DNA of 64,000 nucleotides from Patescibacteria group bacterium (GCA_038062955.1 JBBTWE010000001.1:320038-384037); one strand, 5' to 3'; positions 17,043-27,892 are shown, counted from the stretch's first letter. Notes: generated by a model not told the origin, from the letters alone. A program made the numbers and translations.

Positions 17043-17477
17043 CTACTGTCTGGGTGAACCGGGGAAACGGAAGCCGGTCATCTTCTCGTACTTTTCCAGA
17101 GCAGGATTATCTGCCTCGGGATGCCTCCAGAACGCAACACCAATTCTCATATTGGGATTCTCGGCCCTAAGTCTCGTGAGATGAGAGAAAAGTGTTTGGA
17201 GCTTGGCACACATCGGGGGATTTTCCACTACGGTCTCATCCCCAAAATCGTGCCAAAGTCCGTCACCAGCCAAATCCCATGCAAATTGTTTGGGGTCGTC
17301 ACTCTCTTCCCAACTAACGATCACGAATCCAGAAAGGCCGTTCCCTTGCTTCTGGATGTCCTCGTAGCCTTTCCGACCTTTCGCGGTCTGGAACATGCAT
17401 TCGAGTCGACAGAACAGACGTTCGTGAGCCGCAATACATAGCTCATGTTCCGACCACTGCAGTTGAAGAACTGGCAT
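17043..17477 (-). CDS. Hypothetical protein, the cargo of GC-rich island 2 (144 aa).
   Basis: The coding segment is GC-rich. It has a strong SD (gggagg-N6-ATG) and its own consensus promoter and terminator. No recognisable domain was found. Confidence 0.5.
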   Translation of the reverse strand: MPVLQLQWSEHELCIAAHERLFCRLECMFQTAKGRKGYEDIQKQGNGLSGFVIVSWEESDDPKQFAWDLAGDGLWHDFGDETVVENPPMCAKLQTLFSHLTRLRAENPNMRIGVAFWRHPEADNPALEKYEKMTGFRFPGSPRQ

Positions 17478-17531
17478 TTAGCCTCCCGTTTGTTGAATGT
17501 TGTGGTTTAGAGTCCAAAAAAGAACAAATTT

Positions 17532-17560
17532 CCTACCTAACATATAACACAAAACACACC
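17532..17560 (-). promoter_or_regulatory. Consensus sigma70 promoter TTGACT-17-TTATAT for the island-2 ORF.
   Basis: The minus strand reads ttgactccgtggtgtgttttgtgttatat. Confidence 0.55.
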
Positions 17561-17564
17561 ACGG

Positions 17565-17593
17565 AGTCAATTGGTTGACTTTTTTTATTAAAG
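17565..17593 (+). promoter_or_regulatory. Consensus sigma70 promoter TTGACT-17-TATATT. It lies back-to-back with the minus-strand promoter and drives a plus-strand transcript of about 130 nt.
   Basis: ttgactttttttattaaagatattatatt. Confidence 0.55.
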
Positions 17594-17599
17594 ATATTA

Positions 17600-17732
17600 T
17601 ATTCTCTCTAAGGAAAGGTGGCGGTATTCGGCAACGTTCTTCAGTCGGAATCATCACCTACCCCAGGGCTCATGTGCACACACTCCTCCTTTGACTGCTG
17701 GTCTGCTTGGTGTGTGCGTGAGCCCTTTTTTT
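17600..17732 (+). ncRNA. Small GC-rich plus-strand transcript of island 2. It may encode a short peptide (GTG start at 17618) and ends at an intrinsic terminator.
   Basis: A promoter lies upstream. The terminator is gggctcatgtgcacacac...gtgtgtgcgtgagccc plus TTTTTTT. The segment shares caacgttc with the island-3 transcript. Confidence 0.4.
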
Positions 17733-17738
17733 ACCCCG

Positions 17739-17803
17739 TAGTGAATTTTGGCATTGTTACTTTTGCAATGGAGTTGTTATGCCAAAATCTACTACGGGGT
17801 TAT
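17739..17803 (+). repeat. Conserved 22-bp-stem hairpin element, copy 2. It sits directly after the island-2 terminator and overlaps the atpC stop codon.
   Basis: The arms are identical to copies 1 and 3. The loop, tgttacttttgcaatggagttgtt, is related to the copy-3 loop (TTGCAA core). Confidence 0.8.
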
Positions 17804-18033
17804 TTAATCAAAATAGTCACCTTATCCCCCGAAACTTCGGCGAAACCAGACTCAATAGGAAAATTGAGATTTTCCGCTTCATCTTTGATTTTAATATCTC
17901 CCTTTTTTAAAATTGTAATAAGAGGAATGTGATGATCGAGAATAGAAATCTCCCCTTCCCCTGCGGGGAGACTGACAACTTTTCCTGTGCCCTCATAGAG
18001 AGTTTTTTCAAGAGAATGAATTGATATTTTCAT
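17800..18033 (-). CDS. atpC: ATP synthase F1 epsilon subunit (short, N-terminal beta-sandwich only)
   Basis: A 77-aa protein in the last position of the atp operon. The GxxxxLPxG..ISIL..H pattern is present. Confidence 0.8.
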   Translation of the reverse strand: MKISIHSLEKTLYEGTGKVVSLPAGEGEISILDHHIPLITILKKGDIKIKDEAENLNFPIESGFAEVSGDKVTILIK

Positions 18034-18052
18034 TTAAGTAAAGCTGAGATTT

Positions 18053-18175
18053 TAGAACTTCCAGATTTGAGACAAGTTGTTTGATAAAACTGAGTACCGA
18101 AGCGAGACGTATGTACTTATACGGCGAAGCAAGGAACGGAAGTTTTAGCAAAGAAATTGGCCAAATGTGGAAGTT
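18053..18175. repeat. MITE-like 125-bp element, type B, copy 1, with terminal inverted repeats (TIRs, tagaacttcca / tggaagtt) and an internal CGTATgtacttATACG hairpin. It lies between atpD and atpC.
   Basis: About 90% identical to 26716..26843. Confidence 0.75.
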
Positions 18176-18179
18176 ATAA

Positions 18180-19592
<1,413 letters not shown>

Positions 19593-20540
19593 TTATTTTG
19601 AAAGCGCTTCAGTACCTGCCGTAATCTCTATGAGTTCTTTAGTAATTTGAGCTTGGCGGGTTTTATTGTATGTAATTCGAAGCCGATTGGCTATGTCGAT
19701 CGCGTTTTGCGAGGCATTCTTCATCGCAATCATTCTCGAAGAGTGCTCGGAAGCGTTGGCTTCAAGAATTGCTGTGTGAACCTCGATATCAATCAAAAAT
19801 GGCAACAAATCATGCAAAACTTCATTCACATTAGGTTCGAGGAGATATTTAGATCCAGATTTTTTATCTTCTTCAAATGAGTTTCTGATATGAGAATATT
19901 TTCCTTCGCGTGGGATTATGTTTGAGATTACGTCCCGAATGGCTTCAAGCGTGAAAGGAATTAATTTTCGAATTATTACGTCCTGCTTCAAAGCTGAAAT
20001 AAAATTGGTATAAATAATTAAGACTTCCTGATAGACACCTTTGTTGTAAAGTTCATAAATTAAATTTGAAATCGGAAGAGTTTCTTCCGCCTCTGTAAAA
20101 TCTCCAGCTTTCAAAAATTCGGCGATTAAAGTCGCCTTCGCTCTACCGAGCTTCGTCGGACCGAAGTAATCTTTACCTTTTTTTCCAACCGCAATAACAT
20201 CCACTGGGGCTTTCGCTTCATCAATAAATTTCTGTGCTTTTCGAAGAACATTAGTGTTAAAAGCTCCGGCAAGTCCTTTGTCAGAAGTTACCACAATGAG
20301 ACAGATTTTCTTTATTTCTCTTTGATTTAAAAATGGATTCTCGTGGAGCTCTCCAAGATCAATTTTTGAAAGAGTATTTTGCAGAATATCCAAAGCGGCG
20401 AAAGAGAACGGCCGAGATCGCAAAGCTACAAGCTCGCTTTTTCTCATTTTGACAGCCGAAACCGCTTCCATCGCCTTGGTAATCTGGCCGATGTTTTTAG
20501 TCGAACGAATGCGGTTTTTTAGTTGTCGTGAGCTGGCCAT
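19593..20540 (-). CDS. atpG: ATP synthase F1 gamma subunit
   Basis: The N-terminus RIRSTKNIGQITKAMEAVSAVKMRK matches the gamma-subunit signature. Confidence 0.9.
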   Translation of the reverse strand: MASSRQLKNRIRSTKNIGQITKAMEAVSAVKMRKSELVALRSRPFSFAALDILQNTLSKIDLGELHENPFLNQREIKKICLIVVTSDKGLAGAFNTNVLRKAQKFIDEAKAPVDVIAVGKKGKDYFGPTKLGRAKATLIAEFLKAGDFTEAEETLPISNLIYELYNKGVYQEVLIIYTNFISALKQDVIIRKLIPFTLEAIRDVISNIIPREGKYSHIRNSFEEDKKSGSKYLLEPNVNEVLHDLLPFLIDIEVHTAILEANASEHSSRMIAMKNASQNAIDIANRLRITYNKTRQAQITKELIEITAGTEALSK

Positions 20541-20592
20541 AATATTTGTAAACTTTGGGACTTAATAGAATTTAATTAATTTGGATGCAATT

Positions 20593-20682
20593 CGAGGCGC
20601 GAGTGAGAACCGTACCGAGACGTATTTAATAATACGTTGAGGGAGGCTCGGAGCGAAGCAACAAAGAAGTGCGCCGAATTAA
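20593..20682. repeat. Intercistronic structured repeat, type A, copy 3, between atpA and atpG.
   Basis: ggcgcgagtgagaaccgtaCCGAGacgtatttaataatacgttgagggaggCTCGGagcgaagcaac. Confidence 0.7.
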
Positions 20683-20688
20683 CAAATT

Positions 20689-22212
20689 CTATTTAAAATA
20701 TTTCTTGAAATCTGAAATAATCGTTTTAATCTTTTCATCAATCTTCGCTGTAATCTCGGCAGTCTCTCGAAGTTCTTTCAAGACCTCTGCATGTCTTTCA
20801 TTCATAAATTCTAAGAGTTTCTTTTCAAACAAAGAGACTGACGCAAGAGGCACGTCATCAATATAACCATTTACTCCGGCATATAGAGAAATAACCTGCT
20901 TTTCAAATGGCATACTCTCATATTGTGGCTGTTTCAATAATTCAACCAATCGTTGTCCACGATTAATCTTTTTTTGAGTTGCTTGATCGAGTTCCTGACC
21001 AAACTGCGCAAAAGCCGCAAGTTCTCTAAATTGGGCGAGTTCAAGCCTCAAAGTACCCGCAACTTTTTTCATAGCTTTTGTCTGGGCCGATGAACCGACA
21101 CGCGACACTGAAAGTCCGACGTTGATAGCTGGTCTTATTCCCTGATAGAAAAGTTCGGGTTCAAGATAAATTTGCCCGTCAGTAATGGAAATAACGTTTG
21201 TTGGCACATAAGCTGAAATATCTCCGAGTTGAGTTTCAATAATTGGGAGCGCAGTAAGAGATCCTCCTCCAAATTCTTTACTTAATCTCGCCGCTCTTTC
21301 AAGAAGTCTTGAGTGAAGATAGAAAATATCTCCAGGATAAGCTTCGCGGCCAGGAGGGCGTCGCAGAAGAAGAGAAACTTGTCTGTATGCCCAAGCGTGC
21401 TTCGAAAGATCATCGTAAATTACGAGAGCGTCCTTTCCTTTATCCATAAAATATTCACCGATAGCACATCCAGCATAAGGAGCTAAATATTGGAGGGACG
21501 CAGGAGAAGCGGCGCCAGCAACAACCACGACCGTGTAATCCATTGCTCCAGACTTTTTTAATTGTTCGACAATGTGAGCAACTTTTGATTCTTTTTGACC
21601 AATCGCAACATAAATACAGATCGGAGTGCCATTTCGAACATCATTTTTCTGATTGATGATTGTATCGATAACGATTGCGGTTTTTCCGGTCTGACGATCA
21701 CCAATAATAAGCTCACGCTGACCTCGGCCGATTGGAATCACCGCGTCAATTGCCTTAATACCAGTTTGAAGTGGCACTTTTACCGATTCTCTGGTTATAA
21801 CTCCTGGAGCAACTTTTTCGAGTGGATAGTGCTCAACTTTATTTTTATCAAATGCTTTTCCTCCATCAATTGGTTCGCCAAGTGGATTGATTACTCTACC
21901 CAAAAGTTCCGAGCCAACGGGAATCGAAAGAATGCGGCCGGTTCCCTTTACTCTCTGTCCTTCAATAACTTTGGTTGAATCTCCGAGAATAATCGCGCCG
22001 ATCGTGTCTTCTTCAAGGTTCAATGCAAGCCCGGTTACTTTTTCGCTTTCTTTTTCGTTTTCAAATTCCAAAATTTCAGAAGACTTTACTCCAGATAATC
22101 CTCGGATGATTGCGACCCCATCCCCCACGCGTAAAACTTCGCCGACATTGCTAACAGACGGACTGCCTTTAATGCCAGAAATTTCTTTTTTTAATTGTTG
22201 TAAAATATCCAT
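20689..22212 (-). CDS. atpA: ATP synthase F1 alpha subunit
   Basis: Walker A (GDRQTGKT) is present. Length is 507 aa. Confidence 0.95.
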   Translation of the reverse strand: MDILQQLKKEISGIKGSPSVSNVGEVLRVGDGVAIIRGLSGVKSSEILEFENEKESEKVTGLALNLEEDTIGAIILGDSTKVIEGQRVKGTGRILSIPVGSELLGRVINPLGEPIDGGKAFDKNKVEHYPLEKVAPGVITRESVKVPLQTGIKAIDAVIPIGRGQRELIIGDRQTGKTAIVIDTIINQKNDVRNGTPICIYVAIGQKESKVAHIVEQLKKSGAMDYTVVVVAGAASPASLQYLAPYAGCAIGEYFMDKGKDALVIYDDLSKHAWAYRQVSLLLRRPPGREAYPGDIFYLHSRLLERAARLSKEFGGGSLTALPIIETQLGDISAYVPTNVISITDGQIYLEPELFYQGIRPAINVGLSVSRVGSSAQTKAMKKVAGTLRLELAQFRELAAFAQFGQELDQATQKKINRGQRLVELLKQPQYESMPFEKQVISLYAGVNGYIDDVPLASVSLFEKKLLEFMNERHAEVLKELRETAEITAKIDEKIKTIISDFKKYFK

Positions 22213-22224
22213 ATTTTTAAAATC

Positions 22225-22599
22225 TTAAGATATAGCTTCTTTCATTATTTTCAAACGATTTTTCACTGAATTATCGATAAGCAAATCCCCTATTTTTATT
22301 TGCACTCCCCCTAAAAGGGTTGGGTCGACTTTTGAAATAACTTTGACTGTTTTACCTCCAATTTTAGCCGGTAAAGACGTGGGCTTATCTGCCGCAGTGG
22401 TTACTTCCACTTTTACCACGCCCGTCGCTTCATCTAAATATTTTTCAAAATAAAACAAAATATCATTCAAATATTTCGTATCGCCATTTTTGGAAAGCAT
22501 TTCTCTAAATTTTCCAAAAATAGTGCTTAAGTTTTTTGGAGTTTCATCTTTTACAAGTTCCACTAAAACTTTGGCATATTGTTTTGAAGTGTATTTCAT
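22225..22599 (-). CDS. atpH: ATP synthase delta (OSCP) subunit, short form
   Basis: Position between atpF and atpA, with a C-terminal OSCP-like domain. Confidence 0.75.
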   Translation of the reverse strand: MKYTSKQYAKVLVELVKDETPKNLSTIFGKFREMLSKNGDTKYLNDILFYFEKYLDEATGVVKVEVTTAADKPTSLPAKIGGKTVKVISKVDPTLLGGVQIKIGDLLIDNSVKNRLKIMKEAIS

Positions 22600-22616
22600 T
22601 TTTTTAACTTTTTTCT

Positions 22617-23141
22617 CTAGACTTCGCCAGATCTCGCAGAGCGAGACAAAATCAATTCTGTCGCTTTTTTCGAAAGTTTAGCTTGGGCACCCGCATCAAT
22701 AAAATCCCCCATTGATTTCTCAAGTGCAGACACAACAATCGCCCCAATTTCCTTTTTAACTTCTTCTTTTATTTGTATTTTCTGATTTTCTAGATCTTTT
22801 TGAGTTCGGGAGAGAATTTTTTCAGACTCAATTCGTGCCTCATTCATCATTTTCTCTTTTAAAGCGAGACTCAATTTCTCTGTGTCTTTAATGAGCTTTT
22901 GAGAACTCTCTCTAGCTTGATCCAAGGTCTTTTCTTTCAATTTTTCTATTTCTTCTATCCTTTCTTTGAGTGAATCGCTAAGTTTTTTGTCTTGTTCTAA
23001 TTTCTCCTTGCGAGAATCAAGCATTTTCATAACTGGACCATATAGAAAATACTTCAAGATAAAAAGTAGAATGCCGAAATTTATTATTTGGGCAATTAAG
23101 ACTTTCCAGTTTATTCCGAGATTTGTAAATAATTCAGCCAT
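22617..23141 (-). CDS. atpF: ATP synthase Fo b subunit
   Basis: An N-terminal TM segment followed by a long charged coiled coil. Confidence 0.85.
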   Translation of the reverse strand: MAELFTNLGINWKVLIAQIINFGILLFILKYFLYGPVMKMLDSRKEKLEQDKKLSDSLKERIEEIEKLKEKTLDQARESSQKLIKDTEKLSLALKEKMMNEARIESEKILSRTQKDLENQKIQIKEEVKKEIGAIVVSALEKSMGDFIDAGAQAKLSKKATELILSRSARSGEV

Positions 23142-23221
23142 TGAGATTAGAAATTAAAAACGTTGATTCATGATTCAAGATTCACGATTCAAGACAAGAA
23201 TGGCAAAAAAGATTTTCATTC

Positions 23222-23300
23222 AATTTTAGATGAAGTGCTAGGCACCGCCGAGGCTTGCCAACCAAAATGTATGTACTTATACATTGCGGGAGGCCTCGAT
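23222..23300. repeat. Variant of the type-A structured element (CCGAGGC-...-ATGTATgtacttATACAT-...-GCCTCGA), between atpE and atpF.
   Basis: It has the same nested-stem architecture and the same GTACTT loop as 1540..1625 and 18053..18175. Confidence 0.55.
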
Positions 23301-23402
23301 GAATCTAAGGCACTGCGATTTGTAACCAATCGCCTTGCTCTTGGACAAATCGGGAGCAAACGTAGGCGGTAACGACGCAATTCGCTAAAATTGGATGAAA
23401 AG

Positions 23403-23624
<222 letters not shown>

Positions 23625-23708
23625 TTAGATTAGTTTAGATAATAAATAAAGGGGCACTAGGCCCGATAACAAATATATTAACCTCTTTTATCTAATTTGC
23701 CAAACATT

Positions 23709-24524
23709 TTAATGGCTTTCCTCGTGTGCCGTCGTAGCAGCTCCAAGAAACATTATTGTAAGAACTGTGAAGATTAAAGCTTGAATGAAACCAACGAAAA
23801 TTTCAAGGCCCAAAAATGGAATCGGAGCGATATAAGGCACAAGGAATGCAATGATGACGAGAAGCACTTCCCCAGCAAAGACGTTACCGAAAAGTCGGAA
23901 AGAGAAAGAGATAATTTTTGCAATTTCGCTCACAAACTCCAAAAGCCCTACAAAAAATTTTATTGGGCTTTTAAAACTAAAAAACTTGCCGATATGATCT
24001 CGAACGCCAATTGTTACGAGCCCAACAATATGACTCATGGTTACAATGATAAGCGCGAGCGCGAGAGTCATGTTGAGATCAGAGTTAACCGAACGAAGAA
24101 GAGGCACGAATGATTCCTGCGGTTCTTCAGTTTCTCCTTTCGTGACCTCTGTCACAATCTCACCTTTATTTTCTGCATGGATTGGTGCTTCTTCAACATG
24201 AGTAAATCCTATACTTCCTACTCCTGGCAAAATTCCAATCCAGTTAGCACAAAGAATAAAGATAAAAATTGTAGCCGCAACCGGGAAAAACTTTCGTACA
24301 ACCTCTTTGCTTCCGGCAATTGTTTCTAAAAAATCAGCAAGTTTGGTAATAATAACTTCAGTAATGCTCTGCAACTTACCAGGAATTTCTTTTATGTTTC
24401 GAGAAATAATTATTGAAATAATTATCAAAAAAACCATCACCACCCACGAGGTAAGAAGTGTGTTTGTAACTGGTATTCCGAGAAAGGTAAATAATATTTC
24501 TGGAGCAATTGAGACGTGAACCAT
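23709..24524 (-). CDS. atpB: ATP synthase Fo a subunit
   Basis: FRLFGNVFAGE carries the conserved Arg of the a subunit. The protein is polytopic. Confidence 0.9.
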   Translation of the reverse strand: MVHVSIAPEILFTFLGIPVTNTLLTSWVVMVFLIIISIIISRNIKEIPGKLQSITEVIITKLADFLETIAGSKEVVRKFFPVAATIFIFILCANWIGILPGVGSIGFTHVEEAPIHAENKGEIVTEVTKGETEEPQESFVPLLRSVNSDLNMTLALALIIVTMSHIVGLVTIGVRDHIGKFFSFKSPIKFFVGLLEFVSEIAKIISFSFRLFGNVFAGEVLLVIIAFLVPYIAPIPFLGLEIFVGFIQALIFTVLTIMFLGAATTAHEESH

Positions 24525-24602
24525 AGAGTTAAAGGATTTATGATTTAAGATTTATGATTTAAGATTTCTAATTCATGAACCTTGAATTTACTTCTTAAAC
24601 TT

Positions 24603-24854
24603 TTACAACTTATTGAACTTATCTAACTGTTGACGGACTTTTCTATTTATCAAAACTGTCGTGATTATTATCGAAAAAAGTAGACCCAAAATCAAACCCC
24701 AAGGAGAAATCTGCCAGTACCTATCTGCCAATCTTCCTAGAAATGCAAACACAACAAGTGGAATAGCGATCGTAAAACCTAGATCAAAAGCAAAAGATAC
24801 TAGATTAATATTTTCAATTGGCTTTTTTTCCTGTTTCTTTGCTTCTTCCATCAT
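24603..24854 (-). CDS. Small membrane protein AtpZ/AtpI-like, located upstream of atpB
   Basis: An 83-aa protein with two TM segments, in the position typical of atpI/atpZ. Confidence 0.5.
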   Translation of the reverse strand: MMEEAKKQEKKPIENINLVSFAFDLGFTIAIPLVVFAFLGRLADRYWQISPWGLILGLLFSIIITTVLINRKVRQQLDKFNKL

Positions 24855-24904
24855 ACAAAAGAATAGATAAAAATCGTATTTAAGTCAAAATTAATCTATA
24901 AAAA

Positions 24905-24943
24905 AACCGCCAAGTGTCCGAAGACTATTGGCGGGCGATGCGA
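24905..24943 (-). terminator. Intrinsic terminator of the GC-rich islet gene (ccgccaatagtcttcggacacttggcgg plus T7).
   Basis: Seen on the minus strand immediately 3' of the ORF ending at 24960. Confidence 0.55.
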
Positions 24944-24959
24944 GATGTTTGACGCCTCG

Positions 24960-25487
24960 CTACTTCTCGAACTTTTCCATACCTGGCCAGTTCGCAGGAG
25001 GATTGGGAACTATGTGTCCGGAATTGTGGACCTTGTCCACGGCTATTTCCAAATGTTCGCTGGCAAACCAAAGTTGCGAACCAGATATCTGATGCATACC
25101 CGGATCCGCTTCACCGATATTGCTATACCACTCGAAGGCTAGTCCATGGGAATTGGGCCGATACTCCCGAATGCAGATGTGATCCTTCACCCGACCGTTG
25201 CGATTGTCGCGAGTGATAATTGACGAAGCCTCGTTCTCCGAAGAGAACTTGGCCTTGAGGCAAACCCACTGACTACAGAATTGCCGATCGGTCGGCTTCT
25301 TCTCCTCGATGATGGTAACCCAGTAGTTCTTCGTCTCCCCTTCGTAGAAGGTGAGATTGTCCAGAACATGCGTCTCTCTCTTGAAGAGCCCGACAAGAAA
25401 CAAGCCGACTACGGAAACCAAGAGTAGCAACAGTCCACCTTCACCCTTCGTCATTTTCGATCCTCCAAAAGAACTTTGTTGCCACAT
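24960..25487 (-). CDS. Hypothetical membrane-anchored protein (GC-rich islet). The likely start is MTKGEGG at 25454, which has a GGAGGA SD.
   Basis: The ORF is GC-rich. It has an N-terminal TM segment, an SD and its own terminator. Confidence 0.5.
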   Translation of the reverse strand: MWQQSSFGGSKMTKGEGGLLLLLVSVVGLFLVGLFKRETHVLDNLTFYEGETKNYWVTIIEEKKPTDRQFCSQWVCLKAKFSSENEASSIITRDNRNGRVKDHICIREYRPNSHGLAFEWYSNIGEADPGMHQISGSQLWFASEHLEIAVDKVHNSGHIVPNPPANWPGMEKFEK

Positions 25488-25600
25488 TTTATGGCTTTAG
25501 CCACCAGAAGAAGATATCTGGCTCTGATTCTTTTATAGCACAGTGAATACCAACAAGTCAAGATCAAATGTTCAGGAAATTGACTAGAATATCAGAGTAC

Positions 25601-25629
25601 TGTATAAATTGTATTAGAAATGTTCTCTA
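25601..25629 (+). promoter_or_regulatory. Consensus sigma70 promoter TTGACT-17-TATAAA
   Basis: ttgactagaatatcagagtactgtataaa. Confidence 0.5.
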
Positions 25630-25653
25630 TAAACACTCAATCAAAGGAGAAAT

Positions 25654-25908
25654 GTGATGAAAGGGCATCTTTTTTACTTTGTTGATGCTAAGCGAAAAAC
25701 ATGGTGTGTCAAATCTCGTGGCAAAAAATACCACATAGATCTTGTGCCCGGTGGTTTTGTCGGAGATATATACAGCGTTTATGTATACCAGTGTGATCAA
25801 TCATGTACGCCCATAGAACAGGTGCCACAACATGTCCTTAAAAAAGCACTAGGACGTATCAAGGCAATGGAGCAACGAAGAGTGCATAGTAAAGTTCGCC
25901 CTTACTAG
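25654..25908 (+). CDS. Hypothetical 84-aa protein (islet)
   Basis: Strong SD (aaaggag-N7-ATG). A promoter lies upstream and a weak terminator plus T-run lies downstream. Confidence 0.5.
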   Translation: MMKGHLFYFVDAKRKTWCVKSRGKKYHIDLVPGGFVGDIYSVYVYQCDQSCTPIEQVPQHVLKKALGRIKAMEQRRVHSKVRPY

Positions 25909-26008
25909 CCCCCACAAGGTCTCGCAGACAAGTTCTGATCGAGGCCTTTCTTTTTTACTTTCAACACTATAACTTCCTGTCTGTCGGCAGGCAGGTACAC
26001 TTTTAACT

Positions 26009-26701
26009 TTATACTCGTGGTATAACCATCGCTACATTTTCGAGAATTATTTTTACCGATGCGGAGCGATTGTTGAGATAATTTCTGCTTTTAGAAATAA
26101 TTTCAAAAGCGTTTACTTGTTCGTCACTGATTTCTTTCAATTTAACTTTTTTTCTTAAGGCTACTTCTAGGTGATTTAAAAATTTCTTTGCTTCTCCCTT
26201 GTCTTTATCTTCTATAATTTGCGCCAAAAGTCGAATCCTTGCCGGAATACTCAAACTCAAAAAATAGTCCATTTCAAATGGCGCCGCAACACTTTTTTCC
26301 CGCTTCGGACGATCGGCCATCCTTTTAATGGGCATGAACCGCGACATGAGAGTCGGCAATAAATTTTCTGAAGAAGGTAAAATAAAAAAGAAAAAAGAAT
26401 TTGGTTGCGGTTCTTCCAGAATTTTTAAAAGAGCGTTTTGGGCCTCGTTTGTAATAAATTTTGTTCGCACCACAAAAACTTTGCGGCCGCTTTCTCCCAA
26501 AGCTTTACTTAAATGTCGATTTTTTAATTCCCTACTCTCATCAATACCAAAAGTGTCCGTGTCTTTCTGCCAATAATCCAGATTACTGTTTATATCAAAA
26601 TCGAGATTAGTTTTTAAAAAATCAGTCAAAATCAAAAGAGCGTTTTCATCTTCTGAAATATACAAAAACGCATGATGCTTTTTGATTAAATCTTTCTCCA
26701 T
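26009..26701 (-). CDS. holB: DNA polymerase III delta-prime subunit-like (clamp-loader AAA+ fold without a Walker A motif)
   Basis: AQNALLKILEEP and LLPTLMSR (sensor) are typical of delta-prime/gamma. Confidence 0.7.
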   Translation of the reverse strand: MEKDLIKKHHAFLYISEDENALLILTDFLKTNLDFDINSNLDYWQKDTDTFGIDESRELKNRHLSKALGESGRKVFVVRTKFITNEAQNALLKILEEPQPNSFFFFILPSSENLLPTLMSRFMPIKRMADRPKREKSVAAPFEMDYFLSLSIPARIRLLAQIIEDKDKGEAKKFLNHLEVALRKKVKLKEISDEQVNAFEIISKSRNYLNNRSASVKIILENVAMVIPRV

Positions 26702-26715
26702 AAAAATTCAATACT

Positions 26716-26843
26716 GGTAGAACTTTCAGATTTGAGACAAGTTGTTTGATAAAACTGAGCACTGTAGCGAGACGTATTTAATAATACGGCGAGTGAAGAG
26801 CGGAAGTTTTAGCAAAGAAATTGGCCAAATATGGAAGTTCTAC
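26716..26843. repeat. MITE-like 125-bp element, type B, copy 2, between holB and mreB-2. Its right TIR overlaps the mreB-2 stop codon.
   Basis: ggtagaactttcagatttgagacaagttgtttgataaaactgag...gaagttttagcaaagaaattggccaaatatggaagttctac. Confidence 0.75.
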
Positions 26844-27892
26844 TTCTTGGCCATGATGGATTTCTTATAAACATCCAGATGTTCAAGCGCAATTCCCGTC
26901 CCCCTAGCCACACAATAAATTGGATTATCGGCCAAAACAGCTTTCACCCCCGTCCTTCTATAAATAAGTTCTGGTAAATTTCGGAGTTGTGAAGTTCCTC
27001 CCGTCATGATAATTCCACGGTCAATAATATCAGAAGCTAATTCTGGAGGCGTGTCTTGAAAAACATCTTTTATTGCTTTAACAATTTCCTTAAGTTCATG
27101 GTGAATCGCTTTGACTATCTCATTAGTTTTAACATCAAGCGATCTTGGAAGACCGGTTATAAAATCTCGTCCTTTAATTGTAAGAGTTAGTTCCTCATCA
27201 AGCGGAATTGCTGAACCAATCTTGATTTTTATATCTTCAGCTGTTTTATCCCCTATCGCCAAGTTAAAATTTTTCTTCACATAATCCGCAATCGAAACAT
27301 CAATTTTATTTCCAGCACATTTCACCGAAGTCGCCGCCACAATTCCTCCAAGAGAAATTACCGCGACGTCAGTCGTACCTCCGCCGATATCCACAATCAT
27401 GTGTCCAACCGATTCATAAATAGGAATTCCCGCGCCAATCGCAGCCAATATTGGTTCTTTAACAATATAAGCATTTTTAGCTCCTGCCTTGAGAGACGCT
27501 TCAATCACCGCCCTTCTTTCGGTCGAAGTTACTCCAGCTGGCACTGAAACTAAAACTTCGGGCTTCACAATATTCCATTTACCGAGTGCTTTTTTTATAT
27601 AATACCGAAGCATTGCTTCTGTCACTCGATAATCCGCAATCACACCGTCCCGCATCGGTCGATAAGCAATAACATTTTCCGGAGTTTTACCTATCATTTT
27701 TTTGGCTTCGAGACCAATTGCCAAAATTTTATTATCTTCTTCAGACACTGCTACAACCGAAGGTTCGTTTAAGACAACGCCTTTGCCAGGTACATATACG
27801 AGAACACTGGTCGTACCTAGATCGATTCCTAATTTTTTGGAGAAAATACCCATAGATAAAGGTATAATATGCTTTTTTTTGAATTTAAACAA
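26840..27892 (-). CDS. Second MreB-family actin homolog (Mbl/MreBH-like paralog)
   Basis: LGIDLGTTSVLVYV and DIGGGTTDVAV are present. It is about 45-50% identical to the mreB at 12581..13642 by eye. Confidence 0.85.
   Translation of the reverse strand: MFKFKKKHIIPLSMGIFSKKLGIDLGTTSVLVYVPGKGVVLNEPSVVAVSEEDNKILAIGLEAKKMIGKTPENVIAYRPMRDGVIADYRVTEAMLRYYIKKALGKWNIVKPEVLVSVPAGVTSTERRAVIEASLKAGAKNAYIVKEPILAAIGAGIPIYESVGHMIVDIGGGTTDVAVISLGGIVAATSVKCAGNKIDVSIADYVKKNFNLAIGDKTAEDIKIKIGSAIPLDEELTLTIKGRDFITGLPRSLDVKTNEIVKAIHHELKEIVKAIKDVFQDTPPELASDIIDRGIIMTGGTSQLRNLPELIYRRTGVKAVLADNPIYCVARGTGIALEHLDVYKKSIMAKK

Noticed and set aside
17739-17803. Hairpin element as an integron attC site
   Set aside because: It has no R''/R' core sites (RYYYAAC...GTTRRRY), no extrahelical bases, and there is no intI gene. 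The cassettes also carry their own promoters, unlike integron cassettes.
17618-17932. ORFs 17618..17932 and 30249..30530 as real proteins of about 100 aa
   Set aside because: Both read straight through an intrinsic terminator and the conserved hairpin into the neighbouring gene. At most only the first few codons are likely to be translated.
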